This document shows, in pieces, positions 38,974 to 55,289 of a stretch of 64,000 nucleotides of DNA; within the stretch, counting starts at the first letter, position 1; the number at the start of each line of letters is the position of its first letter. Position numbers and translations under genes: made by a program. Source of the DNA: Dictyostelium discoideum. Its lineage: Eukaryota. The notes beneath the pieces are model-generated. The model did no database searches and was not told the DNA's origin. It was given only the letters and a program-made list of their open reading frames with translations. The stretch spans positions 2,816,001-2,880,000 of the forward strand of contig CM000150.2 of the NCBI GenBank assembly GCA_000004695.1. The letters are read 5' to 3'.

Positions 38974-39198
38974 CTCTATTATTTATTTTTTTAAATAGTT
39001 AATAAATTTAGTGTAATTTTCAAAAAAAAGATAGTATTGTTTTTATTGATTGATGAGTTTAATTTATTATTAAGGAGAGCTTTATTGTTATCTCCTTTGC
39101 CTTTTTATTGAAAATGTTATTATTATTTATTTTTATTTTTTTCTTTTTTTGGTTTGGTATATATATAAAAACAAAAAAAAAGACCAGGGATTTTTGAA

Positions 39199-39228
39199 GA
39201 GCTCTAATCAGGATTCGAACCTGTGATC
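39199..39228 (-). promoter_or_regulatory. ex-B box downstream of the minus-strand tRNA-Gln
   Basis: The reverse complement reads 'gatcacaGGTTCGAATCCtgattagagctc', about 23 bp 3' of the tRNA. Confidence 0.5.
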
Positions 39229-39251
39229 AAAATTTGATAGATTTTAAAAAA

Positions 39252-39324
39252 TGGTTCTACTGAGACTCGAACTCAGATTACAGGATTCAAAGTCCTGGGT
39301 GCTAACCAATTACACTATAAAACC
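39252..39324 (-). tRNA. tRNA-Gln (anticodon UUG), inverted copy
   Basis: An exact reverse complement of the tRNA at 34045..34117. Confidence 0.85.
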
Positions 39325-39370
39325 TTTGATATTCCTAATGTAATAAAGTTACTCTATAAAATTAATAGAT

Positions 39371-39638
39371 GAGATCGAAAAAAACAAACAACAACAACAA
39401 TCTCTTTTTTTGATTATTTCATTTTTCATATAAAAAAGACTTAAAAAACAAATAAATAAATAAATAAACTATTTTAAAAAGCCATCTTTTTACTTTATTG
39501 TAATTTATTATTTGTTTCGTTTTGAGAATTTTGCGTAGCAAAATTTTCAAAAAAAAAGCAAAAAATAATCAGATCGAAAAAAACAAACAACAACAACAAT
39601 CTCTTTTTTTGATTATTTCATTTTTCATATAAAAAAGA

Positions 39639-39689
<51 letters not shown>

Positions 39690-41395
39690 GGAACCAAGTT
39701 AATTAGAAAATTTCCAGATTTTTAACTTTTTAAAGAAAAATAAAAAAGATAGAAAGAAAATAAAATGAAAATCACAAACAACACCACAAATATTAAGCAA
39801 CACAAATGCCTACAAAAAATAAGCGAAATTGTGGATAAAACTCAATTAAAAAAAAAACAATTCAAATACGTCATAAACATCAATCACGAACCAGACGATA
39901 AAATAAAAAAAGATTTAGAAAAAAGTTTGGACAAAAAAGATGTTTTAATCAAAAGTAATAATACATTCAAAATTCTCACAGACAGTATTAGTACAGTAAT
40001 CTATTTTGTAAATATGTTTGATGCAGAATTAAAAGGACAATTTATAACCACTATAAGACCAAAAAATATGTATACAGATTTTGATTGGTATAAATCACTC
40101 ACAGAAATAGAATGGGTAATAGAAAATGAAGGATGTAAACTAATTAAATCAGAAATTAAAGGCGAAACTCTAATTATCAAAACAGTGAAAAGAGTCGTAG
40201 AAGAATTTGACACTATCATTGAACTAGACAATCTAACATTAATTGGACACTCCAACAAAGGATGGAGAGATCAAACCTCATTACCAGAAAATCAAGAAGA
40301 AAACAAAAATAAAAAACAATCAGATGAACAACAACCACAATCTACATCAGAACAAATACCAAAACAAGGAAAAAGAACAATCATTATCCCACCAATCACA
40401 TCCTCATCTAATGATAAAACATTTATGGCCCTAGATGATACAGCTCAAAAGGTAATAGAAGCATCACTAGAAAACGTAGATGAACTAACAAGAATAGAGA
40501 ATGAGATCAATACACAATCGATAAACAATCAAGAAATTAAAACAAAATCAGAAAAAAATATAGCAACACCATCTCCATACAATACACCAATAAAACAACA
40601 CGGCGAAACAAAGGGACTAACAACGGAAGAAAAACTTAGAGAGGCAAATGATATCTTCGACTTCACCAGCCCAAACACTGATGCAATAAGAAAAATAGAA
40701 TTCCCACTTTCAATCCCTTCAAATCAATGGTTCTTCTCCTCTCCAATAAAACATATCATGAGTTTCAGCCCAACCTATGGTACACCATCGAAAATTATCG
40801 ATTCACCAAGTAAATTGTTAAACACACCAAAAAAGAAACAACAAGACAAAACAAACAAGACCAACAAAACACCAGTCAAACCAAAATTGGGTGAATATGG
40901 ACAAAAAAGCATAAAAACAAAAATGGATGAAGATATAGACAACTTCAACAAGGAAATTCTAAAACAAATCAATAAATCAAAAAACCCCACAAACACACAA
41001 GACCAACAACACAATGAACAAAGTAAAGATCAGTTAGAAGACAAAATAAACCAGAAACTTCAAAAGGTAGATAAAAATCTACCCCAAATAAAACTATAAA
41101 GAAAAACACAATAAGAATAGGTGTTTGGAACGTCCAAGGATCCAACACCATCCAATCTGCCAGCATAATAAACACCGTTTTAGACAACAACAAGCTGGAC
41201 GCAGCACTTCTAACTGAAACAAATATAAAAACAAATAAAATTTACTCAATAAATCAACAATATAAAAACAAAATAACACACCACGCACCAATTGATAAAA
41301 CAGGACAAGGGGTGTCACAAATCATCATCAACACCCGCAATAGAACTTCCTAAACATCTCAAAAAATACAATAATTCACTCAGTACTTTCTATAA

Positions 41396-41453
<58 letters not shown>

Positions 41454-41776
41454 CAAGTTAATCAGAAAAATAAAAAAGATAGAAAGAAAATAAAATGAAA
41501 ATCACAAACAACACCACAAATATTAAGCAACACAAATGCCTACAAAAAATAAGCGAAATTGTGGATAAAACTCAATTAAAAAAAAAACAATTCAAATACG
41601 TCATAAACATCAATCACGAACCAGACGATAAAATAAAAAAAGATTTAGAAAAAAGTTTGGACAAAAAAGATGTTTTAATCAAAAAGACCCTGTAAAAAAA
41701 AAAAAAAAATAAAATGAGATCTAGCATCTCAAGGAGAAGCAAATAATAATTGCGTTATCCAATTCAAAAAAAAAAA
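39371..41776 (+). mobile_element. TRE5-A non-LTR retrotransposon, ORF2-deleted (TRE5-A.2-like): duplicated A-modules, B-module, full ORF1, ORF2 N-terminal stub, second B-module, C-module, oligo(A); 5' end ~32-47 bp upstream of tRNA-Gln
   Basis: An A-module unit 'agatcgaaaaaaacaaacaacaacaacaatctctttttttgattatttcatttttcatataaaaaagacttaaaaaa' is present twice (39373..39448 and 39573..39650). ORF1 is 39765..41099. An ORF2 start stub (..IRIGVWNVQGSNTIQ..) joins directly to the ORF2-3' segment 'caatagaacttcctaaacatctc..'. A second B-module carries the ORF1 start (41495..41695). The C-module 'agaccctgtaaaa..aaatgagatctagcatctcaaggagaagcaaataataattgcgttatccaattcaaaaaaa' closes the element. A perfect 15-bp target-site duplication 'ATAAAATTAATAGAT' lies at 39356..39370 and 41777..41791. 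Confidence 0.8.
39765..41099 (+). CDS. TRE5-A ORF1 protein (444 aa) inside the retrotransposon
   Basis: An ORF-track ORF. The same N-terminus 'MKITNNTTNIKQHKCLQKISEIVDKTQLKKKQFKYVININHEPDDKIKKDLEKSLDKKDVLIK' recurs in the B-module stubs at 41495 and 33365 (minus). Confidence 0.75.
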   Translation: MKITNNTTNIKQHKCLQKISEIVDKTQLKKKQFKYVININHEPDDKIKKDLEKSLDKKDVLIKSNNTFKILTDSISTVIYFVNMFDAELKGQFITTIRPKNMYTDFDWYKSLTEIEWVIENEGCKLIKSEIKGETLIIKTVKRVVEEFDTIIELDNLTLIGHSNKGWRDQTSLPENQEENKNKKQSDEQQPQSTSEQIPKQGKRTIIIPPITSSSNDKTFMALDDTAQKVIEASLENVDELTRIENEINTQSINNQEIKTKSEKNIATPSPYNTPIKQHGETKGLTTEEKLREANDIFDFTSPNTDAIRKIEFPLSIPSNQWFFSSPIKHIMSFSPTYGTPSKIIDSPSKLLNTPKKKQQDKTNKTNKTPVKPKLGEYGQKSIKTKMDEDIDNFNKEILKQINKSKNPTNTQDQQHNEQSKDQLEDKINQKLQKVDKNLPQIKL

Positions 41777-42082
41777 ATAAAATTAATAGATATTAAATAT
41801 GCATATTACATTACTAATTATAGTTGACACACATTTAAATAATATAATAATAATAATAATAATACTGTCAACTCATTATAAATAATATAAATACTAAAGA
41901 ATAATTTTATAAACAATATTGAATATTATAAATATAAACTAATATTAAATAAAGATAACAAAGTATTATTCAATTATATAATTATTAATTATATATATTT
42001 ATAAAGCTAACAAGCTTTATTACACTAAAAAAATTTACATAAAATTTATTTCTTTTAGAAAAAAAAAAAAACCGGAGCAAAG

Positions 42083-42358
42083 TTATTCAGAAAAGTTAAA
42101 AATCATTATTGGTGGGTCTGGGAAACTCTTGAATATTTTACAATCATCATAGTAAATATTAATTGCCTTGAGATATCCTTCGAAGGTTATCCTGTAAACT
42201 TCTTTCATTTTTTTTTTACATTCTTTTGTACAGAGTTTATTTATCTCGGGGAATCTATCCTGGTCAAATAATTTATCATCGTATAAAAATGGGCCAAGTT
42301 TTTTAAGGTTTTCTATTGAAAAGCGGTCATGTCCGCATCCACCTACTTTCCTCAACAT
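42083..42358 (-). CDS. Small ORF (91 aa: MLRKVGGCGHDRFSIENLKKLGPFLYDDKLFDQDRFPEINKLCTKECKKKMKEVYRITFEGYLKAINIYYDDCKIFKSFPDPPIMIFNFSE) with codon usage atypical for the host
   Basis: The ORF-track ORF at 42083..42436 is trimmed to the ATG at 42358. The part upstream of that ATG is a translated AT-rich repeat. G/C-ending codons (GGA TGC GGA CAT GAC CGC, CTT GGC CCA, GAC CAG, TTC CCC GAG, CTC AAG) are unlike the neighbouring genes. No family was recognised. Confidence 0.35.
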   Translation of the reverse strand: MLRKVGGCGHDRFSIENLKKLGPFLYDDKLFDQDRFPEINKLCTKECKKKMKEVYRITFEGYLKAINIYYDDCKIFKSFPDPPIMIFNFSE

Positions 42359-42645
42359 AATTTTTGTTGTGTTTGAAGTGTAAAAATAAAAAAATAAAAA
42401 ATAAAAAAATAAAAAATAAAAAATAAAATTAAACACAGAAAGGTGCTACTATTTTGGGAACACTTAAAAATTTAAGTTTTTATTCATTTAAATAAAAAAT
42501 AAATTAAAATAAAAAATAAACACACAAAATTTATTCCTATTTTTGGTAACAATAAAAATGAAAAATCAAAAAAAAAAATTATTTATATAAAATTAGTCAA
42601 TAAAAAAAGTATTTAAAAAATAAATAGTTTTAAACAAATATAAAT

Positions 42646-42681
<36 letters not shown>

Positions 42682-43070
42682 TATTATTCATTTTAAAGAT
42701 ATGATTTATCTTTTTTTTTATTATTCATTTTAAATATATGATTTTTTTTAATTGAAAATCAAAAATCTACTAATTTATATTCCTTTATTGGACATAAACA
42801 AATATTTATTTAATATTTAAATTTTTTTTTTTTTTTTTTTTTTTTTTATTAATAAAAATGGAAATGTGGATCTAATTAAAATTGCAATGGTGTTGCTTTG
42901 AAACAATTAAAAAAAAATTCATTTTTTTTTTTTTTTCACTAATCTTTATATTATTATTTATAATAATAATAAAAAAAAAATAATAATAATAAAATATAAA
43001 TATTAAATAAATTATATATTATTTTTATTATTATTATAAAAAAAAAAAATAATAAATAAAAAATAAAAAA

Positions 43071-43931
43071 ATGGATGCACTTTCATCACAACAACCATCA
43101 ATTTATTATAATTTTCTTCAAATTACAAAATCCAATATGGAACTTTATCCGGTACCAAAAAATATTGATTCTTGTGAAGCATATGAACCATTTAGAAAAA
43201 CAGTATCAAATGATTTTTGGTATGCTTCAGCATGTCAATTCATTGTTAGATTGGTTAAACTTTCAAAGAATATGAAATTTAATAAAATCAATGAAACTAA
43301 TATTAATCAAATTTTATTTGATCATACAACACATGGATTACATTTAGCAACTGCAACAACTGATACTACCAATGATAATTCAGAGAAATTAGAGATTCAA
43401 CAAGTTGTAAATATCTTTAATGTTTTAAAAGATATGTATAAAAAGAAGAACCAAATTTTAACAGTTGATCAAATTCTATTATGGCATTCTGAAATTTTAG
43501 TTGGACCAAAAAGATTTCAAGATTTTAGATCAACATGGGCATTCTCTGAAGATATAATATTTGTTGAACCAAAAGATGTTAAATCTAAACTTAGCCATTT
43601 AGTAAAAGAATTTAATTCTCATCATCAAGATTTTCTATTAACTGGTAAAACTCCAATCTATAGTGTTATCTCTTGGTTCTTACATTCATTCACTTTAATT
43701 CATCCTTTTGAACATGCCAATGGTAGAATGGCATTACTATTGGTTCAATTTATTTTATTCTCTTTTGAATTTCCTTGTCCTGTACCATTTTTTATTAATA
43801 AATATGAATATCAATCAATATTATTTGACAATGATAAAAATTTTAAAGATAAAAAAGATACACTAACAAATTTAATAATTGAAAGTTCAATTAGAATTTA
43901 TAGAAATTCTAAAGCTTTACAATTCCTTTAA
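43071..43931 (+). CDS. Fic (Fido) domain protein, 286 aa
   Basis: A single ORF. The Fic motif is 'HPFEHANGRMALLL', matching HPFx[DE]GNGR with G changed to A. The flanking helical regions are of ordinary complexity. Confidence 0.6.
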   Translation: MDALSSQQPSIYYNFLQITKSNMELYPVPKNIDSCEAYEPFRKTVSNDFWYASACQFIVRLVKLSKNMKFNKINETNINQILFDHTTHGLHLATATTDTTNDNSEKLEIQQVVNIFNVLKDMYKKKNQILTVDQILLWHSEILVGPKRFQDFRSTWAFSEDIIFVEPKDVKSKLSHLVKEFNSHHQDFLLTGKTPIYSVISWFLHSFTLIHPFEHANGRMALLLVQFILFSFEFPCPVPFFINKYEYQSILFDNDKNFKDKKDTLTNLIIESSIRIYRNSKALQFL

Positions 43932-44038
43932 AAATTAAAAAAAAAAAAAAAAATAGAAATAAATAATAAAATATTTTTTATTTTATTTTTAATAATTAAA
44001 TTTTTTAAAAATATAATTTCTTAGAAATCAATATTTTG

Positions 44039-44077
<39 letters not shown>

Positions 44078-44256
44078 GTTTACATTCAAATAAAAATAAA
44101 TTATTTTGAGTTTGGGTAGATATTTAAATGACTAGAAGTTTTATTTTATTTATTTATTTTTTTTTTTTTTTTTTTTTTTTGGAAAACAGACGAAATTTTT
44201 TTTTTTTTTTTTTGAAATTAATTTCAAAAAGATTCACACCTCAATATAATATGTAA

Positions 44257-47558
<3,302 letters not shown>

Positions 47559-47701
47559 TTAAAAAAAAAAAAAAAAAAACCAATAAAATCAATAAAATCT
47601 ATTATTTAATTATCATAGAGATAAAATTGAACAAATAAAAATAATAACAAAAAAAGAAAAAAAAAATTAAAAGTTTTCCATATAATTAATTAATTGATTA
47701 T

Positions 47702-48193
47702 TTATTGTTTTAATTCACCAATATAATATTCTTCTAAAACCTGTCTAACTTTAATTGGATGTTGTTCACCATTAAAACCTTCAGTTGAATCTTTTCCAGC
47801 ATTTTTCATAATTGCTAAACCACCCATATGTTTATCAACATAATCTGTAACATCATAAACCTTTTTTTTTTTTTTTTAAAAATCAAAATAAAAAATAAAA
47901 TTAGTGTGTTTATTCAAATAAAATAAAATTAAATTATAAAAAAAAAAAAAAAAAAATCTATTTACCTTTTTATCAATAATTAACCATAAATCATCTTCTT
48001 TGTCATGTACTGAAACTTCTTCAGCGGTATAATAAACTGGTGAACCATCTGTACTTTTTTTATGTTGTCTTTTTGGTACTTTAACAACAGTTGGTTTTTT
48101 AACTGGTTTAACTGGTTCTGGTAAAATATAAGTTTTAATTGCATATGCAATTGCAACAAAAACAATAATATATAAAAATGTATTGGTATCCAT
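47702..48193 (-). CDS. Cytochrome b5-like haem-binding protein with an N-terminal transmembrane anchor, 2 exons, 127 aa
   Basis: Exon 1 is 48193..47966 (MDTNTFLYIIVFVAIAYAIKTYILPEP..YYTAEEVSVHDKEDDLWLIIDKK, donor GTAAAT). Exon 2 is 47860..47702 (VYDVTDYVDKHMGGLAIMKNAGKDSTEGFNGEQHPIKVRQVLEEYYIGELKQ*). It matches CYB5 'YTLEEI.KHN...WLILH.KVYDLTKFLEEHPGGEEVL.E.AG.DATE.FEDVGHS', with HMGG in place of HPGG. Confidence 0.7.
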
Positions 48194-48583
48194 CGTTTTT
48201 TTTTTTTTTTTTTTTATATTACACAAACGAAAAAATTAAAAATAAAAAAAAAAAAAAATCTTGTGGAACTATTTTTCAATCATTCCCCGCTAAATGTTTT
48301 TTTATTTTTTTTTTATTTTTTTTTTTTTTTATTTTTTTTTTTTTTTTTCTTATAAAATCATTTCAATTTTTGTGTTGGTACCAATTTTTGATTAGGAAAA
48401 TCATTTCAAATCAATTTTCCAAAAAAATATAATTCCATATTCCAAAAAAAAAAAAAAAAAAATAATAAATAAAAAATAAAATATTTTTAATTGATACATA
48501 AACAAAAGATTTAAAATACAATTTATTAATAATAAATAATTGTGATTTGGTGTTTTTTTTTTTTTTTATGGAAAATTATTATT

Positions 48584-49847
48584 TTATGAGATAATATCTA
48601 ATAATAATTTTTTGAAATCACCACTACAATCAGCTTGAATATCATGAGCTAATGAATTCTTGAAGAGAGTTGAATAAGCAGTTTTAATTTGTGGCATATT
48701 GTGCATTTGAGTTACAACAGTACGAATGAGTTTGTTATCATTTGTACCAGCACCTTTCATTGATTTGTTTAAGATTTCAGCGAAATAACCATATGGGTTG
48801 AGAGCATAGGTAACGATAGCGATTAAACCAGTTTTAATTGAACCAGAGAATTCAGAATCGATTGCTTTGATGAGTGAGTGTTTTTTGTGATGTTTAATGT
48901 ATTCACTAGCGACGGCAGCAATATGTGGTAATGAACGAGAGGTGAGAATTTTGATGAATTCCTTTTCGTCGGTACCAATTTTACCTTCACCAGCTTTGTA
49001 GAGATCTTCAGCATCTTTTGAAACTTGCATTGGGTTGATGACTGGTGATTCATCTCTTGGTTCAGTGAGTTTCTCTAATAATTTCTTAAAGTCACCACTT
49101 GCTTCGGATTCAAGACGATCTTTTAATGATTTACCATGTTTATTCTTGAAGATTTGTTTAATGTATTCCATTTGTACATTACTACGGGTAACTAAAATTT
49201 CAATTATAGTGTTCTCGTTGGTACCTGCACCAGCGCAAGCACTGTGAATTTGTTCAACATCGAAATGAGCTGGTTCAGTTAAGAGGGCAACTAAACATTT
49301 TTCAAAGTTACCACTGGTTTCAGATTTAATATCTTGAATTAAATCTTTGCTATATTTGGCAGAGAACTCTCTCTTGATTTGTTCACGTTCAGCCCAATTT
49401 CTATTGGCTAAAACTTTAATTAAATCAGATTCATTTGTACCAATACCTTTCATTGCTTTTCTTAAAACTTCAGCATCATGTTTACAATCATGAGTGATTG
49501 TACCAACAAAGTAACCTTGATGATATCCAACTACCATACCTGGTGCAAATCCAACTGGTACACCAACTGGTACACCAACTGGTGGATAACCTTGTTGTGG
49601 TGGATAACCTTGTGGTGGATAACCTTGTTGTGGTGGGTAGCCTTGTTGTGGTGGGTAACCTTGTTGTGGTGGGTAACCTTGTTGTGGTGGGTAGCCTTGT
49701 TGTGGTGGATAACCTTGTTGTGGTGGGTAGCCTTGTTGTGGTGGGTAACCTTGTTGTGGTGGATAGCCTTGTTGTGGTGGATAACCTTGTTGTGGTGGAT
49801 AACCTTGTTGTGGTGGATAACTAATTAATTTTAGAAAAAAGAAAAAG

Positions 49848-49883
<36 letters not shown>

Positions 49884-50468
49884 TAATAAATAAAAATAAA
49901 TAAATAAATAGTTTAGTTTAATAAATATTTAAATAAATATATATATATAAATAAAAATAAATAAAATGATAATAATATAAAAATAAATAATTATGGGAAT
50001 ATTATAACTGGAAATATTGATTGTTGAATATTATAGTTGAATAGTGGTAATAATTATATATATATATTTATAATTGAGTATTATAGTTGAATAATTAAAG
50101 TTGAATCCAAATAAATACAAACCCTTGTTGTGGTGGATAACCTTGTTGTGGTGGATAACCTTGTTGTGGTGGGTATCCTTGTTGTGGTGGATAACCTTGT
50201 TGTGGGGCTCCATATTGTCCTGGTTGTGGTGAATTTGATTGTGGTGGATAACTGATGTTGATTTATATTTATTATTATTATTATTATTATTGTTATTATT
50301 ATTATTATTATTATTTGATGTTTTATTATTTGTTTTTTGGTGTGAAAGACAAAAAACAAAAACAAAAACAAATGGATTTGTAAAAAAAAAAAAAAAAAAT
50401 TAATATTGGTGGGTGATTGTGAATGTGAGGATCAGTTAAACATACCCTTGGTTTGGTGGATAGGACAT
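48584..50468 (-). CDS. nxnA: Annexin VII (synexin): 4 annexin repeats plus an N-terminal GYPPQQ-repeat tail; 3 exons, ~462 aa
   Basis: Exon 1 is 50468..50446 (MSYPPNQG, donor GTATGT). Exon 2 is 50251..50123 (129 nt, [18 protein letters not shown](GYPPQQ)n, donor GTTTGT). Exon 3 is 49820..48584, with further GYPPQQ repeats followed by annexin repeats ('[20 protein letters not shown]', '[17 protein letters not shown]', '[18 protein letters not shown]', '[17 protein letters not shown]'). The phases check (23 + 129 + 1237 nt). Skipping the 129-nt exon keeps the frame, which agrees with the two known isoforms (established knowledge). Confidence 0.85.
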
Positions 50469-51125
50469 TTTGATGCTAGTGGTATTTGTTTGTAAGAAAT
50501 TAATAAAATGAAGAAAAAAAAAAAAGTTTTTATTAATTTTTTTTGGAATTAAAAATTTATAATTTATATTAAAAAATGAAAAAAAAAAAAAAAAAAATAA
50601 AATAAAAAATTAAATAAAAAAAAAAATAAAAATCTTTTTTTAACTTACACAAAAAAAAGTTATGGCACAAAATTGTTTAAAACAACAATAAACTGAAATC
50701 GGATCGAGTGTGATATTTAAACATCAACAAGTGTGCGTTGAAAAATAAAGAAAAAACACAACTCATTAATTTTAGGTATGAAAGTTATAATTATAATAAT
50801 AATAACCTATTATAAAATTTTTTTTTTTTTTTATTTGACTCAAATAAACAAATCAATTTAATCATATGTGACCTTACTATTTTTTTTTTTTTATTTTTTA
50901 TTTTTTTTTATTTTTTTTTTCTTTTTATTTTGTGTGCGAATATTTTTTTTTTTATTTTTAATCATTTATTTTTTATAACTATTTATTTCTAATTTTTTTA
51001 ACTTTTTTTGATATTTTTTTAATTATTTTTCAAAATAAATTTTAAACCACTGGAAATTTGATGGGTTTTTTTATTTGAATTATTTTTTTTTTTAATTTCC
51101 AAAGATTTTTTTTTTTTTTCAATTT

Positions 51126-51164
<39 letters not shown>

Positions 51165-51300
51165 ATCAATTTGTCAAAAACTCTGAAAGATATAAATTTA
51201 TTCTTTTACTTGTAATATTTTTTATTTTTCAAAATTTTCAAATAAATACAACTTAATAAAAAAACAAAAAAAAAAAAAAAACAAAAAAAATCAATCAAAA

Positions 51301-51411
51301 TGTCATCATCCACTTCACCTTGGGAAAAATATGCATCAAATCCAAATGGTAACTCTAACCCTTTGGCTCAACCTCCTCAACAAACTAAAAAACCAGCCCC
51401 CAAAAAATAAT
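51301..51411 (+). CDS. Possible small ORF (36 aa: MSSSTSPWEKYASNPNGNSNPLAQPPQQTKKPAPKK)
   Basis: A GC-enriched, non-repetitive short ORF in an AT-rich intergenic region. It is too short for a confident call. Confidence 0.25.
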
Positions 51412-51808
51412 AAAGAGGATAATACTCTATTATAATAATTGACAAGAATGTTTTATAATAATCAGAATAAGAATATTCAATCCCAACTTTGTATTTTAAA
51501 AATAAAATAAAATAAAATAAAATTATATTGTAAATAATACAAGAATCCAATTTTTTTTTTTTTTTAAAAACAAATATTTTTTTAATCTTTTTTTTTTATT
51601 TAATTTTTAAACTAAAAAGGTTGAAACAAAAAAAAAATAAAAAATTGGATTATTTTAAGGATTTATTTTATTATATTTAATTAAATTGAACAAAAGAGGT
51701 ATTTTAAAAATTATTTGAATTTTGAAAATAATAAAAATTAATTATTAATAGAATTGAAGTATTAATTAACCTTGAAAATGATGCATTTTACTATAAAATT
51801 AAATTAAA

Positions 51809-53337
<1,529 letters not shown>

Positions 53338-53906
53338 TTTATTATTTATTTAATATATTAATATATTATTTTTTTGCTATTATTTATTTTTAAAATTAAT
53401 AGTATCATTGGTTTTAATTATTATTATTATTATTATTATTTTTATTATTTATTTATTTTATTTTATTTTATTTTATTTTATTTTATTTTAATTTTATTTT
53501 ATTTTAATTTTATTTTATTTTATTTTGTTTTTTTAATTTAAATGAAAAAATTTTTTTTTTTTTTTTTTTTATATTAGTTAAAACTTTAATATTTTGGATA
53601 CATATCTCATTTTTTTAGTTTTTGGGAAAAAAAAAAATAAAAAAAATAAAAATCAAAAGAATGGTCAAATTCTCATTTTTTTGAAAACTTTTTTTTACCC
53701 TATAAATAAAAAAAAGTAAAAAAAAAAAAAAAAAGACATGAAAGTGTATTTTTGTGTATTCCGAAGAATTCTAAATTATTTCAAATATATTTGAAATATT
53801 AAAAAATTAAATTAACTTTTGTTTTTTATTTTCTTTTTTTTTTTTTTTTCGCCTTGTGAAATAGAGAGAAAGGGAATTGATACACTAAACAATAGTGTTT
53901 ATTGAT

Positions 53907-54501
53907 TTATCTATTTCTATCTTTACTTCTACTTTTTCTTTCTATAGTATTATTTTTATGATATCTATCTCTATCTCTATCTCTGTCCCTATCCCTATCT
54001 CTATCTCTATCTCTACTCCCACTTCTAGTTCTACTTCTATATCTAACCCTTCCTCTACCCCTGCTAGAACTCCTACTTTTATCTCTATATTTTCTTTCTT
54101 TTTCTTTATTCTTTTTTTTTCTTTCTCTTTCTTTTGAATGATATTTTTGTTTACTTCTTGATCTTGACCTTGATCTTGACCTTGATCTTGATCTTGATTT
54201 TCTTTTATAATCTCTTTCATCCTCATCTTCATCAGTTGAATCATAATCATATTTATCTTTTTTTCTTTTCTTTGACTTTTTTCTATATTTCCTATCACTA
54301 TCAGTACTATCTTGTTCCTTTTGTAATAATTGTTTTAATTTATCCTTTTTTATTAATGATGATGATGATGATGATAATGATGATAATGATGATAATGATG
54401 ATGATGATAATGATGATAATGATGATAATGATGATAATGATGATGACTCTTCCTCAGTGTATTTATTTTTTTTATTACTATAACTATTATCTTTTTGAAA
54501 A

Positions 54502-54566
<65 letters not shown>

Positions 54567-55249
54567 GTTATTTGTACTAGAAGAATCAAAAGGTTTACTT
54601 GTTGGACCAATGAATTTTAAACAATCTTCTACTGAATATCCAGAATCTTTCATTTTCACTAAAGTTGCTTTAAAATATTTATCAGCATTTACATCGTTTG
54701 GATCAATTTTCAAAGCTTGTTTAAAATTTGAAATTGCCTTTTCAAATTGTGATGTATTTGCATATACTGCACCTAATGCAACATATGCATCTTTATGATC
54801 ACGATCAATATTTAATGCTTCTTTATAATAATTAATTGCCTTTTCATATTGACCTGATTTTGCATATTTAATACCATTCTTTACACTTTTTTTGTTTTTT
54901 TTTTAAAAATAAAAAAAAAAAAAAAACTTATATTAATATATGTATATAAAATATAACCTTAATTAAACAATAAAAAAAGATAATATTGATACATACGAAC
55001 TTTGAGCCCAAATAAAATTTTGATTCGATCTCAATGATTCCTTTAAATCTTTTGGTACGGAGTTATAAGGTATCATTGAATCTAATTGAAGTAAATTTAA
55101 TGAACTATAAAATGATTCACAAGACCAAGGATTTGAGAATAATTGATCCCTTTCTAACATATTAACTATATTCGTAAATCCAAATTGACTTTTATCATAT
55201 TGATTATTATCAATTTCCTCATCATTATTTTTATTAATATTATTATTAA

Positions 55250-55289
<40 letters not shown>

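Noticed and set aside
49478-49828. Plus-strand ORFs with 'WWITLLWW' / '[10 protein letters not shown]' repeats
   Set aside because: They are antisense and off-frame readings of the annexin VII (GYPPQQ)n repeat region.
50031-50371. Minus-strand ORFs '[12 protein letters not shown]..' and '[13 protein letters not shown]..'
   Set aside because: They are wrong-frame readings of annexin exon 2 and of intron 1. The GYPPQQ frame, joined by canonical splice sites, is the real one.
54134-54610. ORFs made of M/I/Y/H homopolymers (MMMMIMM.., YYYYYY.., HHYHHYHH..)
   Set aside because: They are alternative-frame translations of the (ATC/ATT)n and (AAT)n microsatellites inside the TPR/RS gene.
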